Source: Planctomycetota bacterium
GTDB taxonomy: Bacteria; Planctomycetota; Phycisphaerae; WQYP01
Reading direction: 5' to 3'
DNA length: 64,000 nt
Assembly: GCA_021819825.1 (NCBI GenBank)
Contig: JAKAEZ010000001.1
Coordinates: 71,600-135,599, forward strand
Shown: positions 59,871 through 64,000 of the stretch, in pieces
Position numbering within the stretch: position 1 is the first letter of the stretch
Layout of the letters: every line of letters begins with the position of its first letter
Program-made: the position numbers and the translations under genes
Notes under the pieces: generated by a model
What the model was told of the DNA's origin: nothing
The model's input: the letters and a program-made list of their open reading frames with translations, nothing else
Databases searched by the model: none

Positions 59871-60404
59871 CTAGCATTCCCGTTTCGCCCCACGCGGTAT
59901 TTCGGCACGGGGCCGAAGGCCAATCCTTGCGGGTACCCTATCGGTTTTCCGGCGTTTTGGAACCACGGGTTGTGTTGCTGTCGAGGGTATCCCCCTCTGG
60001 CCAATTCCGTTGTTCACAGCCACCTTCACGAACGCCCAAAGGGCAGTGAGGAAAAAGGCGGCAACTACAATAACGAGAGCGGTCCCGATACAGCTTATAA
60101 CGGTCCCCGCAATGGCGAGTCCGCGCGGCTCTCTTTTCAGTCCAAGCGAGCTGAAAATCAGCGCGATTGGCGATGCGATCCCGAAGAAGAATACCAAGCT
60201 GACGACGGAGAGGATGAATCCAACCAATCCCATGGTGTTGCCTCCGGCGGAAGCATTGGGTCTCGGCGGTCGCCCCGCTGCGATTACACGTTCCGTTTGT
60301 GCAACCAGCGCGCTGTGGCAACCGTCACATACTCGATCATTTCCGTCCCACCTCACGGTTCCAGATTCGGCGAGTTCGCGCCCGCATTTTATGCATTTAC
60401 CCAT
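59871..60404 (-). CDS. Zinc-ribbon plus multi-TM small membrane protein (DUF4190-like)
   Basis: N-terminal CxxC…CxxC (MGKCIKCGREL…CDGCH), followed by hydrophobic segments. Good RBS AAAGGAAC. Confidence 0.5.
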   Translation of the reverse strand: MGKCIKCGRELAESGTVRWDGNDRVCDGCHSALVAQTERVIAAGRPPRPNASAGGNTMGLVGFILSVVSLVFFFGIASPIALIFSSLGLKREPRGLAIAGTVISCIGTALVIVVAAFFLTALWAFVKVAVNNGIGQRGIPSTATQPVVPKRRKTDRVPARIGLRPRAEIPRGAKREC

Positions 60405-60549
60405 CCTAGGTTCCTTTCGCTTGAGCCAATCTATCTAATCCATGGTTTCCGTGGAAGGGCGCTTTTTCTCCCGAGCGCACAAGCCAGCAACACCGGCCCC
60501 CAATCCAGCGAACAGCTTGGCCGTCTGTCCGGTGCACGAACCAACTTAA

Positions 60550-61293
60550 TCAGCGAACCGAGCCCATGAAGGAGAGCAGGTTTCGAATGGCAATATTCGC
60601 CCAGGTGACCACATGTGGCCATGCCAATATGCACATGGTAGTCAGCCACCCCCAAACCTTCACCGTAGCGGATTGCCATCGCCAAGTTCCCCACGGCCCA
60701 GGCCCGAGCGTCCTGCGCCCCGCAGCACCACTCGCCCTCGGCTCCGCCATCGCACCATTGGCCCCCGCGGGTGCACTGGTGCAACAGAGAGCAAGGCACT
60801 CCGCCTCATCCTGGCCGCTCTTGAATGCCCTTGCAGGCACAATTATCACAAGGTCATGGCCGCGCACGGCAGATAGTAGAAATAGCCCGTGTTCGTTGGC
60901 CTCGAAACATGCTACACCTTCCCATGGTATTGCGAGCGAACCCCCATTGGAACTCGATGAAATCCCCCGCGTACTTATGTTGACCTCGTAGTTGCCGAGC
61001 CAAGCGGCAATTCCGTACAATCCCTCTGACCTTACCGCAGCAAGGGATGCGTACGAGTGCGTCACAAACCTCCTGAACTTCATACGCGAAATCACTAAAA
61101 TTAAAACATAATAGCTGCCAAGAAGGAAAATCGCCGGCCCCCTGGCCAGCAGTGCCAAGGGTCCGGCAAAAAGCCAAGGGAGCAGCAAAATCACCCGGGC
61201 AGCTCGCGAGAACGCCGACCGACTTTTTTTGAGCAACCAAGCATTGGCATAGTATGCGTCCTCCGGACGAGCCGAATATTGAAGATTGAACAT
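60550..61293 (-). CDS. YcxB-like (two TMs plus bacterial PH domain) putative immunity protein
   Basis: N-terminus MFNLQYSARPEDAYYANAWLL…, two TMs and a PH-like region. Lies immediately downstream of RHS-tail copy 3. The start is the ATG at 61293 (RBS GGAG), or the GTG at 61359, which overlaps the toxin stop (TAGTG). Confidence 0.5.
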   Translation of the reverse strand: MFNLQYSARPEDAYYANAWLLKKSRSAFSRAARVILLLPWLFAGPLALLARGPAIFLLGSYYVLILVISRMKFRRFVTHSYASLAAVRSEGLYGIAAWLGNYEVNISTRGISSSSNGGSLAIPWEGVACFEANEHGLFLLSAVRGHDLVIIVPARAFKSGQDEAECLALCCTSAPAGANGAMAEPRASGAAGRRTLGPGPWGTWRWQSATVKVWGWLTTMCILAWPHVVTWANIAIRNLLSFMGSVR

Positions 61294-61358
61294 GGCGCAA
61301 ACTCCAGAACACCGCGCTGATATCGCGCGGGGGGCACGGGGCTCCACCGACGCAAACA

Positions 61359-62639
61359 CTACAATAGCGCGGGGGCAGTTCCACCAAGCATTGAAATCGC
61401 TTGCCGGATCAGCGCCAAGGCAAGCGTCGCGTCCTGCAGAGCGCCCGCAAGCGCAAGTTCAGGAAGTTCGGCCCAAGCTACGGCCGCAACGGCCCCCGCA
61501 AGTGCCCACTTGTTTAGCGTGGCTTGCCCCGAAAACATCGCGTCGAAATCAAAACGGTAACAAACGCATTTCTGGTCCGACCAACTGTAGTAACTCCCTA
61601 CTATCGTGCCACCTTCATAGATCGATACCAATGGCCCGCCGATCCACACGCCGGCCATTAAATTAACTGAAAAAACACCAAAATCTGTGTTGGTGGTGGC
61701 GATGATTCCGCCGGGGATCAATGCCGCTGTGTGGAATATCCTTGGGGGAACGATCCATTCGTTCCGGCATTCGCTTTCCGAACGAGAGGTACGCACCTTG
61801 GAAACGCCAGCCGAACCTTCGACACCAATCCCGGCTAATTCGTGGCCAAAGAGCGATATCTCGCCTCCAAAGCCGAAGAGCACGTCAATGTAGTGCCTTC
61901 CAATTCGCCAGTGGACTGAGGGCTGCCCCCAAGGGTTGAAGCCACCGTGCAGCCCTGCTGCGTCTCCGGTGATCGCCGCCCGTCCCCCCACATACTCATA
62001 CAAATTCACGCCGCCGGCGTAGCCGATTGGATCGCGTTGCAGCCAGCGGCCAAGGGTCGGGTTGTACGTTCTCGCGCGGACATAGTAGAGTTCTGTTTCG
62101 GGATCAAACCTGTACCCGCAATAAATAATTTCATTGGCGCCGTAGGAAGATTGCACATCGTCGTCCGTGAACCAGATGCTATCTGCGCCAGGACCGGTGA
62201 AGATCAGCGTATTGCCGTAGGCATCAGTATCTTAAGCCTCGACAATCGCGCCAGATGAATTGGTCAATGCCACAGCGCGATACAAAAAATCTTGCAGCAG
62301 GTAGTACGCGCCAGCAGGCAGGGATTGCGGGCCGAGCGGAACCAGCGTGGTGAGCTGAATTAGCTCATCAACGTATGTTCCCCAGATGTACTGCCGGATC
62401 GGTGCGTCGCTGGAGTTCCTTTCTTCCATGCACTGCCAGCCAGCCCATATATAGTCTGTCGTGCCATTGGGGATGTTTCCAGTCAAGCCGCCATTGAAAT
62501 AATTTTCTGCCACAGAGGCCACCGAGGACTCAGAGGCCCCACGATTCGCGGCACCGTCAGATGGCGCGAACTCCCCTTTCCGGCCCACGCTTCGTGTCGT
62601 CGTGTCGTTGTTGTGAAAATGTTCGTTTAGTGCAACCAT
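61359..62639 (-). pseudogene. MVALNE-leader RHS-tail polymorphic toxin cassette with canonical RHS core, interrupted by one in-frame TAA
   Basis: ORFs 62232-62714 and 61359-62156 are in the same frame. They are separated only by TAA at 62232-62234, inside the RHS motif …GAIVEA*DTDAYGNTLIFTG…. The canonical core is YCGYRFDPETELYYVRARTYNPTLGRWLQRDPIGYAGGVNLYEYVGG, followed by a ~210-aa unique C-terminus. Confidence 0.65.
62612..62639 (-). repeat. Conserved element of the MVALNE cassette family, copy 3 (partial; leader codons only)
   Basis: ATGGTTGCACT(A/G)AACGA… is shared with copies 1 and 2. Confidence 0.55.
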
Positions 62640-62845
62640 AAGCTGTCCGCAAAAGCCAATTGTTTCAACCCTCAAATCCTGTCCCCTCCGATGCAAATCG
62701 CAAAGCGAGATCATGAAAGCTGCGTCCGCAACGCGACACGCGTTTACCGCCTCACTGCCCGCCGTCTTTATGACCGGCCTTGGAGTCGACGGATGCCACC
62801 GCCTCGCTTCCCCGCCCTTTCGCGTTCACGGCCAAAGCAACCATA

Positions 62846-63166
62846 TCAAATCCCGTGCATTAACTTAGTGGCGCTGGCCAGCACAGCGCCTAACGACCAG
62901 CCCAAACAAACCGCGGACAACTGCAGAACAGCCCAGCCCGCCAGACGGCGGCCCATAGCCGTCGGTTGAGGGGCTGCACAGGCCAGCACGTCGAACGCTG
63001 CGCAGAGCGCCGAACCCAACGACAAGACTGCGGCAGGCTCCGGAATCAAGGGCAGCGGAAAGTGACCGGGGGGTACGCCCGCAATCAACAGCACCAGCGA
63101 GCCGGCTAATCCAATGATCGCCAGAAGCAGCGCGCCTCCGCCCTTGAACCCTCGACTCCGTTCCAT
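62846..63166 (-). CDS. Small membrane protein (106 aa, 3 TMs)
   Basis: ATG at 63164-63166 with RBS GGGAG. Hydrophobic. Confidence 0.4.
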   Translation of the reverse strand: MERSRGFKGGGALLLAIIGLAGSLVLLIAGVPPGHFPLPLIPEPAAVLSLGSALCAAFDVLACAAPQPTAMGRRLAGWAVLQLSAVCLGWSLGAVLASATKLMHGI

Positions 63167-63195
63167 GTTCGGTACTCCCGTGTGAACCGTTCTTT

Positions 63196-63543
63196 TCAGC
63201 CACCGTAGGCGAGACTGCCCAGCACCATGCAACACCACAGCCCGGATGCTCCCAATGCGACCGCAGCGAGGCTGGAGGCTAATACATATGCTCCGACCGT
63301 AGCTCGCGCGCCACCCGCGCGAGATATCCGCCAAAAATCGGCGGTACAGCTCGCCACTGCCGATGCGGACAAGGCTGCCACCGCTGGAGGAAGCAACCAA
63401 TGGCTGCAGGATATGACGATAGGAAACATCCCGCCGAATGAAAACCACGACACACAATAGGGAAAAAATGCGCAGAATGCCAAGAACGCCGCCCAGAGTG
63501 CCTTCGCCCGTCTAGTGAAGTTGGTAGAAAATTCCGAGTTCAT
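63196..63543 (-). CDS. Small membrane protein (115 aa)
   Basis: ATG at 63541-63543 with RBS AGGAG. 3-4 TMs. Confidence 0.45.
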   Translation of the reverse strand: MNSEFSTNFTRRAKALWAAFLAFCAFFPYCVSWFSFGGMFPIVISCSHWLLPPAVAALSASAVASCTADFWRISRAGGARATVGAYVLASSLAAVALGASGLWCCMVLGSLAYGG

Positions 63544-63632
63544 CGCTTTTAGCTCCTAAATTGCGCGCTGCGGTCAGCTTCGATATCGATCCGGAATCAG
63601 CCTAATACGCGGCCCCCCCGTCCTCCCGGTGC

Positions 63633-64000
63633 TTAGGTGCCCTGGCATTGACACGGCGTCTTGGCGTTAACATCATATCCCTGCACCCAGACTGGAACGG
63701 TATCCGCGCCCAGCCCCAGGTTCCAGAATGAGGGACCGGAAAATGGCGACTCGCGGTACCAGGCAAGGTTCCCGTCGAGGTAGAGTTCTGCGTCGGGAAA
63801 TTCAGTAACGACACCAAACACGCTGATAGACACGCCAGTCTTGGAAGCCGTGAAGTATACCACCAGCGAGTACATAATCGGAGGTGCCACATGCAGGTGG
63901 AAGACCGTAAATGGGTATCCGGCCCAGCCCCAGACCGAAACTCGTGTCGTACACTTTCCGGGACTGGTTATGTCTGTGTGGCTCACAACCGACGCCTTCG
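63633..64000 (-). CDS. Partial CDS (3' end in window): C-terminus of a larger protein with a LamG/ConA-like jellyroll signature (…AELYLDGNLAWYRE…)
   Basis: The frame is open to the window edge upstream of the track start. The track 'M' at 63986 is a GTG. Confidence 0.45.
   Translation of the reverse strand, partial: KASVVSHTDITSPGKCTTRVSVWGWAGYPFTVFHLHVAPPIMYSLVVYFTASKTGVSISVFGVVTEFPDAELYLDGNLAWYRESPFSGPSFWNLGLGADTVPVWVQGYDVNAKTPCQCQGT

Noticed and set aside
62157-62231. Treating 62232-62714 and 61359-62156 as two separate genes
   Set aside because: They share one frame and are separated by a single TAA inside a continuous RHS motif (…IVEA*DTDAYGN…). This is one interrupted gene.
1-64000. 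CRISPR arrays, rRNA genes, tRNA genes, integrase or transposase genes
   Set aside because: No regularly spaced direct repeats were found, and no rRNA-like or GTTCGA T-loop-containing tRNA-like segments. No recombinase motifs were recognised in any ORF.

Overview
This 64-kb window is high-GC (~58-60%) bacterial chromosome, densely coding, with no rRNA, tRNA or CRISPR array found by eye. It breaks into six parts. (1) 1-9 kb is housekeeping and envelope genes: an SDR dehydrogenase, a frameshifted DinB-family gene, a rhodanese, a TlpA-like thioredoxin, a PhoD-like phosphatase, a HoxN/NixA nickel permease and an H+-pyrophosphatase. (2) 9.3-25.5 kb is a contiguous same-strand, ~16-kb [NiFe]-hydrogenase supercluster in the order hypF-hypC-hypD-hypE-hoxE-hoxF-hoxU-hoxY-hoxH-hoxW-nifJ(PFOR)-DHOD-like-hypA-hypB. 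It encodes a soluble NAD-linked bidirectional Hox hydrogenase plus its full maturation machinery, with pyruvate:ferredoxin oxidoreductase embedded. (3) 25.5-38 kb holds pntAA-pntAB-pntB transhydrogenase, a metallophosphoesterase, endonuclease III and AddB-AddA. (4) 38-41 kb is a Type II restriction-modification island with an orphan basic protein. (5) 41-51 kb holds hom-apgM, a low-density patch, and a cell-envelope operon. (6) 51-64 kb is the most interesting region. A minimal T7SS-like module (FtsK/SpoIIIE triple-P-loop ATPase with small WXG100-like proteins) sits directly downstream of an array of RHS-tail polymorphic-toxin cassettes. The cassettes share a conserved MVALNE(K/H)FH leader peptide and a conserved ~78-nt 5' element, and are interleaved with immunity-like genes and an HAF-repeat secreted protein. 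Many antisense and shadow ORFs in the six-frame track were disregarded.
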